A stretch of DNA of 64,000 nt from a bacterium (GCA_963675295.2 CAXXKJ010000002.1:2048001-2112000), one strand, 5' to 3'; counted from the first letter of the stretch, positions 38,003 to 48,675 are shown. Numbers and translations: made by a program. The notes: generated by a model not told the origin, from the letters alone.

Positions 38003-38626
38003 GTGGATACGCGTCTCGTGGTCGGGCTGGGGAATCCGGGTCCAGAATATGAGACGACGTGGCACAACCTCGGTTTCCACGCACTCCGCAAGCTGGCGAA
38101 GCAGCTGAAGACCAGCTTCCGGATGGCTGATGAAGCGTTAATTGCCCAGGCGAATTTCGCCCGGATGGATGTTCGGCTGCTGTTGCCGCAAACGTACATG
38201 AACCTGAGTGGCAGGCCTGTACAGCGGTTGGCAAAGAAGCTGAACCTTGACTATGAGGAGATTCTGGTCGTGTATGACGACCACGATCTTCCTCGTGGCC
38301 AGTTGCGCATGCGTGAACGTGGCGGAGACGGAGGCCATCGCGGCCTCCGCTCCGTACTTTATGAAGTCGCTAGTGAAGAAATACCACGATTACGCGTAGG
38401 AATTCGTGACGAAAATCTCGATCCCGGTGTTGGGGGGTACGAAGATCTCGCGGATCGAGTGCTCGATGAGCTGACAGAGAACGAACTTACGCATATGGAT
38501 GCGATGGCGGATGCCGCTGCGGCGGCTGCTCGCGACTGGTTGGTTCTTGGTGCAAAACGAGCGATGAACATACACAACCGCAAACGTGTACCCGCCCCGG
38601 ATCAGGGCGAGGATACACAGCCATAG
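38003..38626 (+). CDS. pth: Peptidyl-tRNA hydrolase
   Basis: LVVGLGNPG.EY..T.HNLGF, PQTYMNLSG, VYDD.DL, GGHRGL, RLRVGI. Confidence 0.95.
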   Translation: MDTRLVVGLGNPGPEYETTWHNLGFHALRKLAKQLKTSFRMADEALIAQANFARMDVRLLLPQTYMNLSGRPVQRLAKKLNLDYEEILVVYDDHDLPRGQLRMRERGGDGGHRGLRSVLYEVASEEIPRLRVGIRDENLDPGVGGYEDLADRVLDELTENELTHMDAMADAAAAAARDWLVLGAKRAMNIHNRKRVPAPDQGEDTQP

Positions 38627-38708
38627 TGTGAGTATTGGGAGAGGGATGAACCTCGGTGACCCCGGCGGGTTCAATCCTTAGGTTGGCTAACGGAGGGGGT
38701 GCAGGAAA

Positions 38709-40916
38709 ATGGAGATGAACGGCATCATCTGGCTGCTGCCCGCGATGGGTGTCATCGGATTGATCTTTGCTGCCATCAAATCCGGTTGGGTGAAGAAGCA
38801 GGACCCGGGCACGGAGTACATGGTTGAGATCGGTTCTCACATTCGTGAAGGCGCCATGGCGTTCCTCGGACGTGAGTATCGTGTGCTCGCGATCTTCGTG
38901 GTCCTTGTGGCCATTCTGCTTGCGATTGCGAACATGAGCAAGGCAGAATCGTCCTGGTTGATCGCGGTTTCATTCGTTGTCGGTGCGTTCTGCAGCGCGC
39001 TCGCCGGTTATTTCGGCATGCGTGTGGCGACACTGGCGAACGTGCGTACGGCCAGCGCGGCGCGTAGCGGCCTGAACAAGGCGCTCGCGGTTGCGTTCTC
39101 TGGCGGTACGGTGATGGGCATGAACGTGGTCGGTCTCGGTGTGCTTGGCATCGGCCTGCTGTTCATTGTCTACGCGCTGTATTTCGCTGGTTTCGACAGT
39201 GCATCGAACCTCGCGCGTACGTTGCAGGTCCTGTCCGGTTTCTCGATGGGCGCCTCATCGATCGCGTTGTTCGCGCGTGTCGGCGGCGGGATTTACACCA
39301 AGGCCGCGGATGTTGGCGCGGACCTGGTCGGTAAGGTTGAAGCGGGCATTCCGGAAGACGATCCGCGCAACCCGGCGACCATCGCGGACAACGTTGGTGA
39401 CAACGTGGGCGACGTGGCCGGCATGGGCGCCGACCTCTTCGAATCGTTCGTCGGTTCGATCATCTCCGCGATGATCATCGGCGCGACGGCGTGGGTGACC
39501 GCGGCGGACGCGCAGGCGGCGATGAACCTGGTGCTGCTGCCGCTGTTGTTGGCGGGTGTCGGCATCATCGTGTCGATCGTCGGCACGTTCTTCGTCCGCA
39601 CGAAGGAAGGTGGCAACCCGCAGGCGGCGTTGAACATCGGCACCTTCGGCGCGGCCGGGATCATGGTTGTCGTCAGCTGGTTCATCATTGATTTCTTCGT
39701 CCCGGATTCAGTCATGATCGGCGCGACCGAGATGACTGCGCTGGGCATCTTCGTTGCGACCATCGTCGGCCTCGCGGCGGGTGTCGCGATTGGTATGATC
39801 ACGGAGTTCTACACCGCGAAAGACAAGGGTCCGGTGCTGAACATTTCGGACCAGTCGTTGACCGGTCCGGCGACGAACATCATCGCGGGTCTGGCGACGG
39901 GTATGAAGTCGACCCTGTGGCCGCTGCTGGTGCTTGCTGTCGCGATCATCATGGCGTACGAGTTTGCCGGCCTGTATGGTATTGCCATCGCGGCGCTCGG
40001 CATGCTGTCCACCACCGGTATTCAGCTCGCGGTTGACGCGTACGGCCCGGTTGCGGACAACGCCGGTGGTATCGCGGAAATGGCGGAGCTGCCGCACGAA
40101 GTTCGTGAACGTACAGACAACCTGGACGCCGTCGGCAACACGACGGCCGCCATCGGCAAGGGCTTCGCAATCGGTTCGGCCGCGTTGACAGCCCTCGCCC
40201 TGTTCAGCGCATTCACTACCGTGATCAACGCAAAATTCCCGGAAACTCAGTTCACGATCGACATTCTCGATCCGTGGGTGATGGCCGGTATGTTTGTCGG
40301 CGGCATGCTGCCGTTCCTGTTCAGCAGCTTCGCGATGGCCGCTGTCGGTAAGGCCGCGAAGGACATGATCGAAGAAGTCCGCCGTCAGTTCACCTCGATC
40401 CCAGAGCTCAAGGCTGCTTTGGCCGTGATGAAAGTGAAGCCGGAACGCGACGACTGGGACGAGAAGGATCAGAAGATCATCGACGCCGCGCGTGGCAAGG
40501 CTGAATACGCGAAGTGCGTGGACATTTCCACCGCCGCCGCGATTCGCCAGATGGTCATGCCGGGCATGGTCGCGATCCTGACCCCGCCGATCGTTGGTTT
40601 CGTTTTCGGCGCGCAGATGCTCGGCGGTCTGTTGGCTGGTGTGACGGTTTCCGGTGTGTTGATGGCGATCTTCCAGTCCAACGCCGGTGGTGCGTGGGAC
40701 AATGCCAAGAAGCAGATCGAAGGCGGCTTCAAGGGTTCGGATGGTCAGATGTACGGCAAGGGTTCTGAGCCGCACAAGGCAGCCGTCGTGGGTGACACGG
40801 TCGGCGACCCGTTCAAGGATACGTCTGGTCCGTCGCTGAACATCCTCATCAAGCTGATGTCGGTGGTCAGCCTCGTGATCGCCCCGCTGTTGACGCTCGG
40901 CGGTTTCTTCCGCTAA
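38709..40916 (+). CDS. hppA: Membrane-bound pyrophosphatase, K+-dependent, likely Na+-translocating
   Basis: [34 protein letters not shown] (Glu at Na+-PPase position), GNTTAA (K+-dependent), [10 protein letters not shown]. Confidence 0.95.
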   Translation: MEMNGIIWLLPAMGVIGLIFAAIKSGWVKKQDPGTEYMVEIGSHIREGAMAFLGREYRVLAIFVVLVAILLAIANMSKAESSWLIAVSFVVGAFCSALAGYFGMRVATLANVRTASAARSGLNKALAVAFSGGTVMGMNVVGLGVLGIGLLFIVYALYFAGFDSASNLARTLQVLSGFSMGASSIALFARVGGGIYTKAADVGADLVGKVEAGIPEDDPRNPATIADNVGDNVGDVAGMGADLFESFVGSIISAMIIGATAWVTAADAQAAMNLVLLPLLLAGVGIIVSIVGTFFVRTKEGGNPQAALNIGTFGAAGIMVVVSWFIIDFFVPDSVMIGATEMTALGIFVATIVGLAAGVAIGMITEFYTAKDKGPVLNISDQSLTGPATNIIAGLATGMKSTLWPLLVLAVAIIMAYEFAGLYGIAIAALGMLSTTGIQLAVDAYGPVADNAGGIAEMAELPHEVRERTDNLDAVGNTTAAIGKGFAIGSAALTALALFSAFTTVINAKFPETQFTIDILDPWVMAGMFVGGMLPFLFSSFAMAAVGKAAKDMIEEVRRQFTSIPELKAALAVMKVKPERDDWDEKDQKIIDAARGKAEYAKCVDISTAAAIRQMVMPGMVAILTPPIVGFVFGAQMLGGLLAGVTVSGVLMAIFQSNAGGAWDNAKKQIEGGFKGSDGQMYGKGSEPHKAAVVGDTVGDPFKDTSGPSLNILIKLMSVVSLVIAPLLTLGGFFR

Positions 40917-40944
40917 ACCTCACGGCAGGATTTGCAGGAATTCC

Positions 40945-40982
40945 ACAGGGACCGTTCATTCGAGCGGTCCCTGTATTGTTTT
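40945..40982 (+). terminator. Intrinsic terminator
   Basis: ACAGGGACCG..CGGTCCCTGT + T-rich tail. Confidence 0.65.
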
Positions 40983-40998
40983 CACCTGGAGATGGCGG

Positions 40999-41655
40999 AT
41001 GATTCAGCGCCAGGCATACATCGACGAGGCCAACCGTGACCGCAAGGTCGCGAAGTGGCTTGAGGGAATCCATCCCAATGGGCGGACACGTGGCCCGGCT
41101 TTCGATATGCCTTGCGCTGCACTGCTGGTGCTCGACATGCAGCGGTATTTTCTCGACCCGGAATCGCATGCGTACGTGCCCGGTACGCCGTTGGTTCAAC
41201 GATCTGTCGAGCAATTGGCGGAGAAATTTCGAGCATCGGGCCGGCCAGTGATCTTCACCCGGCATGTGGATGACGACGCGGCGGATTCGCCGATGAGCGG
41301 CTGGTGGCAGGATTCGCTGCGTGCTAATGAGCCGCGTTCGCAGATCGAACCGTCGCTGCTCGCGGATACGGATCCGGTAATCGTCAAGCACACGTATGAC
41401 GCCTTCCATGAAACCGATCTCGAACAGCGTTTGCGCGATGCAGAGGTCAGGCAGGTGGTGGGGTGTGGCATGGTCACTCATCTGTGCTTGGAGACCACAT
41501 TACGCAGCGCTTTTTGCCGTGGATTTCATACATTTCTGCCTTTCGATGCGACCGCATCGTTTTCCGAAAGCCATCACCGTGCGACATTGTTGAACCTGTC
41601 GCATGGTTTCACGCGCATTACATCGGTATCAGACTTGTTGGAGGGATGTGCATGA
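40999..41655 (+). CDS. Isochorismatase-family cysteine hydrolase
   Basis: ALLVLDMQRYF (Asp), IVKHTYDAF (Lys), GMVTHLCLETT (Cys). Confidence 0.9.
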   Translation: MIQRQAYIDEANRDRKVAKWLEGIHPNGRTRGPAFDMPCAALLVLDMQRYFLDPESHAYVPGTPLVQRSVEQLAEKFRASGRPVIFTRHVDDDAADSPMSGWWQDSLRANEPRSQIEPSLLADTDPVIVKHTYDAFHETDLEQRLRDAEVRQVVGCGMVTHLCLETTLRSAFCRGFHTFLPFDATASFSESHHRATLLNLSHGFTRITSVSDLLEGCA

Positions 41656-42536
41656 CCGATCCGTCGATCGTGATCGTTGGCGGGGGGCCAGCGGGGATTG
41701 CCGCAGCGATACAGCTGCAGCGGTATGGTCTGCATCCCGTGCTGTATGAAGCGCATGAGCTGGGCGGACTGTTGCGCAATGCCAACCTCGTTGAGAACTA
41801 TCCGGGATTCCCTGGCGGGATCACGGGCCGCGAGCTGGTCGGTTTGTTCCGGCGCCAGGTGGAACAATTCGGTGTCGATGTGCGCAATGAACGTGTTTTG
41901 ACCATCAACATTCAGCGGCAGGGCTTTGCGCTCGAGGTTGAAAACACGACACACCAGGCAGACATTGTGCTTCTGGCGACCGGCACCAACCCGATACGAT
42001 TGCCTGACGGAATGGTCGCGGAGGATTGCATCAACCTTGTCCACTGTGAAGTTATTGCGTTGAGGGAGCTGCGCGACCGTCGCGTCGCCATCATCGGGGC
42101 AGGGGATGCAGCCTTCGACTACGCATTGCAGATGGCACGGACAAACGACGTGGTCATCTATAACCGGTCGGCACGGATCAAAGCGCTGTCGCCGTTGGTG
42201 TCGCGTGTGCAGATGCATCCACACATCCAGTATGAGCTGGATCATGAATTGACCTCTCTTCGACGAATTGACGAAGACCAGCTTGAACTGACACTATCCG
42301 GACCTGATGGCGAAGTCGTGGAGGTGTTTGACCGGCTGATCTGCGCCTTGGGACGGACACCGAACCTGGATTGCATCCCGGACAACGTCGCGGAGGACAT
42401 CTCCATGCTCCGTGGTATGGACAACCTGTACGTTCTCGGCGATCTGGCGAACAACCTGTACCGGCAAACGTCGATTGCAGTGGGAAATGGGGTACAAACG
42501 GCAATGCAGATCTGGGACCGGCTGGAGTTGAAATAG
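41652..42536 (+). CDS. NAD(P)/FAD-dependent oxidoreductase, thioredoxin-reductase-like, no CxxC
   Basis: IVGGGPAG, VENYPGF, LATG, IIGAGDAAFD, YVLGD, QTSIAVGNG. Confidence 0.88.
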   Translation: MTDPSIVIVGGGPAGIAAAIQLQRYGLHPVLYEAHELGGLLRNANLVENYPGFPGGITGRELVGLFRRQVEQFGVDVRNERVLTINIQRQGFALEVENTTHQADIVLLATGTNPIRLPDGMVAEDCINLVHCEVIALRELRDRRVAIIGAGDAAFDYALQMARTNDVVIYNRSARIKALSPLVSRVQMHPHIQYELDHELTSLRRIDEDQLELTLSGPDGEVVEVFDRLICALGRTPNLDCIPDNVAEDISMLRGMDNLYVLGDLANNLYRQTSIAVGNGVQTAMQIWDRLELK

Positions 42537-43484
42537 ATGAAGGTTGTGGCGCACGCAGGCGATCCGGACCTCGCGGTGGTTTACATCGGCGAGGATGAGG
42601 CGGGACGGCGGCTGGAATTCGTTGAGTCACTGGAACCGCCCTGTCCACGTGAAGAGAAGTGGGTCAACATCATCTCAACACTCTGGGGCTGCCCGATCCA
42701 ATGCCGGTTCTGTGACGCCGGCCTGAAATACAAGGGCCGGGTCTCCTCGGAAACGATGCTGGCGCAGCTGGACGCGCTGGTGACGCGACGCTATCCGGAC
42801 CGTGTGATTCCGTCGCGTAAATGGAAGATCCAGTTCGCACGCATGGGCGAGCCGGCGTTCAACCGGGACGTAATCACCGTGTTGCGCGAACTGCCACGCC
42901 GGTATGATGCGCCGGGGCTGTTGCCTTCCGTGTCAACTGTCGCACCGAAGGGCTGCAATCGCTTTTTCAATGAACTGTTGGACGTCAAGCATGAACTGTA
43001 CCCGCACCGTTTCCAATTCCAGTTTTCGCTGCATTCGACTGATCCGCAGGAGCGACAGCACTTGATCCCGGCTCCGACGATGACGTTCGCCGAGATGGCG
43101 GAGTTCGGTGATCGCATCTATGGAGGAGAGGGGCGCAAGGTGACGCTCAACTTCGCGCTCGGAATGAGCCTGCAGGTGGACGCGAAGACTGTGCGGCGCT
43201 GGTTCAGCCCTGACACGTTCCTCATCAAGCTGACGCCGATGAATCCAACGGTTCAGGCGACACGGAACGGTCTTGTCGATCAGTCACTCGATCCGGCGAG
43301 GTTTGTATCAGAGAAGGCGGATCAGTTCCGGGATGTTGGCTTCGAGGTGATTGAATCCATCGGTGAGCTGGAAGAAAACGCCATTGGCAGCAACTGCGGG
43401 CAGTACCTCGAACGGCTGGAGTGCGAGGACGAGGCGAATGGGGCGTACACCTATGCACACGAAGAACTGACGGAGAAGGTCTGA
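42537..43484 (+). CDS. Radical SAM protein, short RlmN/Cfr-like
   Basis: GCPIQCRFC cluster motif, RMGEP, FSLHS, LTPMNP, SNCGQ. Confidence 0.88.
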   Translation: MKVVAHAGDPDLAVVYIGEDEAGRRLEFVESLEPPCPREEKWVNIISTLWGCPIQCRFCDAGLKYKGRVSSETMLAQLDALVTRRYPDRVIPSRKWKIQFARMGEPAFNRDVITVLRELPRRYDAPGLLPSVSTVAPKGCNRFFNELLDVKHELYPHRFQFQFSLHSTDPQERQHLIPAPTMTFAEMAEFGDRIYGGEGRKVTLNFALGMSLQVDAKTVRRWFSPDTFLIKLTPMNPTVQATRNGLVDQSLDPARFVSEKADQFRDVGFEVIESIGELEENAIGSNCGQYLERLECEDEANGAYTYAHEELTEKV

Positions 43485-43574
43485 ACCGGACTTGTGGCAG
43501 CCAAGGCATGGAAGAACGGGCACTCATCGGTGGATGAGTGCCCGTTGTCGCTCTCGGAATAGCAGGGGGAAACT

Positions 43575-44111
43575 CTACTCTTCAAGCGCTTCAATCACTT
43601 TCAGGCCTTCGCGTGCTGCAGACTGTACGATCTCGGCCGGTGCGCCCTCACGGAGTTCGCTGAGCAACGGATGCATCAGTTCACGAGCCTGTTTGCCGTG
43701 CAGGTCATGCATCACATGATGCACGCTTTCGCGCAACCAGTGGGAGTCCGGGTTTTCGAGCAGGGCACGCAGTGTCGGTTTCATCGCGGGCAGTCCGATT
43801 TCGATGATACCCTCGGACGCCAGCCAGCGGATGTCGGAATCCTCATCGGTGAGGCAGTCAACCAGCAGTTCCGTGGACCGTTCCGATCCGATTTCGGACA
43901 ACGCCTTGGCCGCTTCCCAGCGCGCGGGGTTCTTCCCGTCACGCAGGATCGCCATCAGCATCGGCACCGCCGGTTCGCCGAGCACGACGAGGGATTCCCG
44001 GGCACCTTCACGTTTCATCCCGTCCTTGTGGGACAACAGGGATATCAGGGTTCTCAGCTGAGTGCGTTCGGTTGAGTCAAGTTCCGCATCAGCTTCATTG
44101 GTGGTAATCAT
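43575..44111 (-). CDS. HEAT/PBS-lyase repeat protein
   Basis: LGEPAVPML, RWEAAKALSEIG, L.DEDSDIRWLA..IG. Confidence 0.85.
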   Translation of the reverse strand: MITTNEADAELDSTERTQLRTLISLLSHKDGMKREGARESLVVLGEPAVPMLMAILRDGKNPARWEAAKALSEIGSERSTELLVDCLTDEDSDIRWLASEGIIEIGLPAMKPTLRALLENPDSHWLRESVHHVMHDLHGKQARELMHPLLSELREGAPAEIVQSAAREGLKVIEALEE

Positions 44112-44162
44112 GGTACACCTCCTTATCTGGAAAATTGTTTTGCTCTGGTTGTTTCAGGGTCT

Positions 44163-46739
44163 TCAGGCAGTCCGTGAAGCGAAGTGGATGTCTGAATGAT
44201 CCAGTAGTTTGTAAGTCTGTATCTTGAGGAAGTCGGTGATCACGAAAGTGACCAGCGCGTACCCCCAGACCATTCCCGCCAGGCCCCAGCCAATCGGGGC
44301 GATGAACCAGCCGTACACCGCGACCAGGGTTGCGAGGATTTTGGTCACAATCGCCGACCAGAACAGCAGGCCGCTCGGTTTAATCGACCAGAACGGGCCG
44401 CGTGTCCGTGTCAGGAACAGGGTGAGGTGTCCGGCGACAGCCAGCTTGAGGAAGATGAACGACTGCACCGCATCCGTGCCGAGATGCAGCACTTTCTCGC
44501 CGATGTAGAAGATGCCGAACGAGGAGAAGACACCGATTACGCCGAGTACGGTGGACAGGGTCAGCACCTCGCGCATGTTCCACTTCTCGGGGGAATTGGA
44601 GTAGCGCACATTGTCGTTCGCGATCGCCATGATCGGGGCGTCGTTGAACAGCGCCAGCAGCACGATCATCACCGCCGTCACTGGATAGAAATTGAAGACG
44701 GTGATCGCCAGCGTGATGAACAGCAGCACACGAATCGTTTCCGCGATACGATAGATCGCATAGCTGGTCATGCGCTGGAAGATCTTGCGGCTTTCCTTGA
44801 TCGCGTCGATGATGACGGACAGGCCCGGCGTGGTCAACACAATCGCGGCGGCGGATTTGGCGGCTTCCGTCGCACCGGCGACCGCAATACCAACATCTGC
44901 TTTTTTCAGCGCCGGGGCATCATTGACGCCGTCCCCGGTCATGCCGACGATGTGGTTGTTGCGTTGCAGCAGATCAACGATCTCGTGCTTGTGTTCAGGG
45001 AACACCTGCGCGAAGCCGTCGAGCTCCTCGACGGTCTGCCGGGCTTTACGGTCGGATTGGTTGGCGAATGTGTCGGCGAGCTGGATGTTGGTGCCGATCC
45101 CGATGTCGGACGCCGTCTGTTTCGCGATGGCGAGATGGTCGCCGGTGACCATTTTCACCGTCACGCCCATGTCGTGCGCCTGGTTCAGTGTTTCGGAGGT
45201 GTCGTCACGTGGCGGATCGACCAGCGCAATGATGCCCGCCAGCTGCCACGGACCGTCGCGTTTCACGCCGACCGCAAGCGAACGGTACCCTTTCGCGCCC
45301 TGATCTTCGACCACCTGCATCGCCTCGTCACGCGCGGCATCGTCGTCCTCGAGCAGCTCGAGAATCACCTGCACCGCGCCCTTGGACGTCTGGATGTCGC
45401 CGGAATCGGTGGGAATCGTCGCCTGCGTGCGTTTCTTCACCGGGTCGAACGGTTCGAAGTCGCTGACCTTTGCCTGCTGCAGGCGATCCTTGAGCCCTCC
45501 CTTATTATATGCGGCGGAAATGATCGCGCTGTCGATCGGGTCTTCGTCTTCTGCACGCGAGGCCAGCGCGGCGTAGTAGAGGATTTCCTCCTCGTCGCTG
45601 TCGCCGTACGGGCGGATATCGGTGACAGTCAGCTCATTCTTGGTCAGGGTGCCGGTCTTGTCGGAACAGAGCACGTCCATCCCGGCCATTTCCTCGATCG
45701 AGACCAGTCGGCTGACAATCGCCTGCCGTTTCGCCAGACGTGTCGCGCCGAAAGCCATCGTCACCGACAGCACCGCCGGCAACGCGACTGGAATCGCGGC
45801 GACGGTCAGCACCAGGGCAAATTCGAGTGTGTCGAGCAGGCTCTCGTTACGGAACATCGCCAGTGCGAAGATGAAGACGACGAGCACAACCGCGAACACG
45901 ATCAGGTAGTCGCCGATCTTGACGACGGCTTTCTGGAAGTGGCTGCGGGTCTTGGGGTCGGACAGCAACTGCGCGGTCTTGCCGAAGTAGGTCTTGTCGC
46001 CGGTGGCTGTGACGAGGCCGTCCATCTCGCCCTGGCGGATGTTGGCACCGGAAAACGCCTTGTCGCCGGAGTGTTTTTCGACGGGCAGCGACTCACCGGT
46101 GAGTGCGGATTCGTCGGCCGACAGGTAGTCGCCATCTGTTAAGGTGAGGTCAGCGGGGACGATGTCGCCGAGACGGACGCGGATCAGGTCGCCCGGCACC
46201 AGTTCGCTGGCGGGCAGCGTTGCCCATGATCCGTCACGTTTCGCGCGGGCTTTAAGCGCGGTTTTCTTCTTTAGCAGCTCGATGGCGTTGTCGGCCTTGG
46301 CTTCCTGCCAGAAGCCGATGACCGCATTCAACAATAGCAGCACGAGGATGATGATGAAGTCTTCCCAGTGCTGGATCACCGCCGATAGTATCATCGCGGC
46401 TTCGATCATCCATGGGATCGGTCCCCAGAAATAGCCGAGGAACTTGAGCAGCGGGTGCTTTTTCTGCTCGTGGATTTCGTTGGGACCGTACTGGTCAAGG
46501 CGTTTCGCGGCTTCGTCGCTGGACAACCCGTCGCGGGATGCGTTGAGGTCCTTCAACTGCTGCTCAACGGACGGGCCGGAGTCACTGCCTGACTTGCTGG
46601 TCTCGTTCCCGGCGGACGGTGCGGCGGTGCCGTTTCGGGCGTCGGTTCCGTTGGCTGCGGATGGTTGCTTGTTGTCGGGGGACGGCTGGCGGTTGGTCTG
46701 TCGAGTCGTCCTTTCCTGTGTATTGGTTTCTTTATCCAT
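44163..46739 (-). CDS. Plasma-membrane-type proton-efflux P-type ATPase (P3A)
   Basis: FWGPIPWMIEAA, TGESLP, IPVALP, CSDKTGTLT, PFDPVKKRT, GDGVNDAPALKKAD, YRIAETIR, ALFND. Confidence 0.93.
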   Translation of the reverse strand: MDKETNTQERTTRQTNRQPSPDNKQPSAANGTDARNGTAAPSAGNETSKSGSDSGPSVEQQLKDLNASRDGLSSDEAAKRLDQYGPNEIHEQKKHPLLKFLGYFWGPIPWMIEAAMILSAVIQHWEDFIIILVLLLLNAVIGFWQEAKADNAIELLKKKTALKARAKRDGSWATLPASELVPGDLIRVRLGDIVPADLTLTDGDYLSADESALTGESLPVEKHSGDKAFSGANIRQGEMDGLVTATGDKTYFGKTAQLLSDPKTRSHFQKAVVKIGDYLIVFAVVLVVFIFALAMFRNESLLDTLEFALVLTVAAIPVALPAVLSVTMAFGATRLAKRQAIVSRLVSIEEMAGMDVLCSDKTGTLTKNELTVTDIRPYGDSDEEEILYYAALASRAEDEDPIDSAIISAAYNKGGLKDRLQQAKVSDFEPFDPVKKRTQATIPTDSGDIQTSKGAVQVILELLEDDDAARDEAMQVVEDQGAKGYRSLAVGVKRDGPWQLAGIIALVDPPRDDTSETLNQAHDMGVTVKMVTGDHLAIAKQTASDIGIGTNIQLADTFANQSDRKARQTVEELDGFAQVFPEHKHEIVDLLQRNNHIVGMTGDGVNDAPALKKADVGIAVAGATEAAKSAAAIVLTTPGLSVIIDAIKESRKIFQRMTSYAIYRIAETIRVLLFITLAITVFNFYPVTAVMIVLLALFNDAPIMAIANDNVRYSNSPEKWNMREVLTLSTVLGVIGVFSSFGIFYIGEKVLHLGTDAVQSFIFLKLAVAGHLTLFLTRTRGPFWSIKPSGLLFWSAIVTKILATLVAVYGWFIAPIGWGLAGMVWGYALVTFVITDFLKIQTYKLLDHSDIHFASRTA

Positions 46740-46971
46740 GGTTTCCTCCCTTGGAGCCGGAGGATACGCGATGTCTTCGTATATCCTGACCGCTGCACGG
46801 ATCAGGACGGGGATAGTTCCCTGGGTTTTTGGAGGCGGAATCCCTCTCGGGGGCGATGGCTGGCCGGAGCGGTTGGTTGGGTTCGTACGTAGCCGGGTGT
46901 TATGTTACGATATCAACTTATTTCATGATCATTATGTGGTGTGAAAAGATTCTGCGACAGGAGCGAGGGGG

Positions 46972-47883
46972 ATGAAACGGATTGCCGGTCTGCTTGTGGC
47001 CGCGCTGGCGTCGTTGACGCTGCTTGGCGCACTGCCCGAGCAGGAGAACGGTGTCTTCAGAATGGGGATGGCGCCTGTCGGTTTGAATTACGCGTTTGGG
47101 CCAGCAGGAGGCTTCATTCAATTTGATGAGCAGGAGTATGTTGACAGATTCGGCATGTTTCCGACGACCATGTTGTGGACAAACGCCGGTGGAGATTCCG
47201 TCAGCCTCAAATTGACGCTTTCCTACCGGGCGGAACCAGCCTGGCAGAAGAAATTCGAGCCGTGGGATCCTGTCCCCAAGTGGAACGAGTACGAAGACAA
47301 CCTGAACCTGATTCTGGAATCGGTCAAGACGGGGACGCGAGACACGTTGACCTGGGGCGAGATCGGCACCGGGGCGGTGAAGGTTGAGGAGCTGCCTAGC
47401 CGGGGTAACATGCTGTCAATCTATGCAAGGGCGACCATGTTCGGTCTGCGGATACCTGAAGACGGCAGCGCGTGGAAAGTGTGGACAGAACTGTGGCGCG
47501 ATGCAGGGCAGCCGGAAACGCGTGTGGATCTTGAACAGGACACGATTGTGTTTGTCCGGACGCCGATTGAGACCGCCACGGATAGCTTGAACTTCATGCG
47601 TGGTTTGAACTACACCTGGGATGATACCAGCTACTTCCAAAACGTCCAGCGGTCCTACCCGAACAGCTACATCGTAAACACCGCGCTGTTTGACTTCTAT
47701 TACCTGGAAGAAAACTGCGATTCGGTCACCGTGATCGGGAACCGGCTGATCGCGATGTGGGAGGAAGTCTATGCTGAAACGGGCGACACCACAGGGACAG
47801 GGAAGGAGCTGATCCTGGAAAAGATCCATGATATCTGTGTGGACGGGGAAGCTCAACCGCTGAAATACAAGCGCCGCCTCTGA
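46972..47883 (+). CDS. Hypothetical secreted protein
   Basis: Signal peptide, RBS, 303-aa ORF; no family recognised. Confidence 0.65.
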   Translation: MKRIAGLLVAALASLTLLGALPEQENGVFRMGMAPVGLNYAFGPAGGFIQFDEQEYVDRFGMFPTTMLWTNAGGDSVSLKLTLSYRAEPAWQKKFEPWDPVPKWNEYEDNLNLILESVKTGTRDTLTWGEIGTGAVKVEELPSRGNMLSIYARATMFGLRIPEDGSAWKVWTELWRDAGQPETRVDLEQDTIVFVRTPIETATDSLNFMRGLNYTWDDTSYFQNVQRSYPNSYIVNTALFDFYYLEENCDSVTVIGNRLIAMWEEVYAETGDTTGTGKELILEKIHDICVDGEAQPLKYKRRL

Positions 47884-47956
47884 TCTTGTACACCACCCCA
47901 TACCGCGTTTGATAGGGTGCGATCAGGTGTTGTGACTCTCTGCGGGTGTGGAAATC

Positions 47957-47985
47957 TTGCATTCCGGTGAAACATCGGCTATAAT
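47957..47985 (+). promoter_or_regulatory. Sigma70-type promoter of the rpsF operon
   Basis: TTGCAT-N17-TATAAT. Confidence 0.75.
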
Positions 47986-48032
47986 CGGTGCTCTGACGTA
48001 AAGCGGTAATCCGCTCTTTGAGATGTGGGTTA

Positions 48033-48102
48033 ACCTCCTGCCGGCGGGTGTGGGTTCATGGGAATCCGCGCGAACCGTTGGCCGAACAAGACCGAAGGAG
48101 AA
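48033..48102 (+). promoter_or_regulatory. S6:S18 autogenous regulatory leader RNA
   Basis: CTCCT pairs with SD AGGAG; inner stem GCCGGCGG/CCGTTGGC followed by CCG, matching the known rpsF leader architecture. Confidence 0.7.
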
Positions 48103-48105
48103 AGC

Positions 48106-48675
48106 ATGGTTCGTCGTTACGAACTGATGGTCATCCTCGACCCGAACCAGAGTGACGAGGTGCTTCAGGAGCAGATCGACAAGATCGAAGCCCTGATCAA
48201 AGGCACCGAGGGCGGGGAGATCCTCAACCTTGACAATTGGGGCAAGAAACGCCTCGCCTATGAAATTCAGGGCCGCCCGTTCGGCGTCTACGTCGTATTC
48301 GAGTTCAACATGGATACGTCTGGCACCACCGAGCTGGAACGGCACTGCCGCCTTGACGCGTTGAATTTGCGTCACCTGTTGCTTGTCATCCCGGAAAAAG
48401 TGCTGAAGCTGAAAGAGCGGGAAAAGGAATTGAAGTCCTCGCTCGAAGAACGCCGCCGCAAGATGGCGGAGCAGTCCGAGGACGCTCCGGTGGTGGATAT
48501 GCTCAGCTCGATCGAAGAAGACGTCGACGAGTCGGACGATTCGGACGAGCAGCCGGAAGAGTCGGAAGAGAAGTCTGAAAAGCCGGCTGATGAGGCGGAC
48601 GAGAAGAAGGCCGAAGTCGCCGAAGCCGCTGAGGCGGAGGGCGAGGACGTGAAGACGGGAGGGGCTGAATCATGA
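48106..48675 (+). CDS. rpsF: 30S ribosomal protein bS6 with long acidic tail
   Basis: [25 protein letters not shown]. Confidence 0.95.
   Translation: MVRRYELMVILDPNQSDEVLQEQIDKIEALIKGTEGGEILNLDNWGKKRLAYEIQGRPFGVYVVFEFNMDTSGTTELERHCRLDALNLRHLLLVIPEKVLKLKEREKELKSSLEERRRKMAEQSEDAPVVDMLSSIEEDVDESDDSDEQPEESEEKSEKPADEADEKKAEVAEAAEAEGEDVKTGGAES

Noticed and set aside
42537-43484. Annotation as rlmN or cfr
   Set aside because: Lacks the N-terminal domain and the resolving Cys; operon context is atypical
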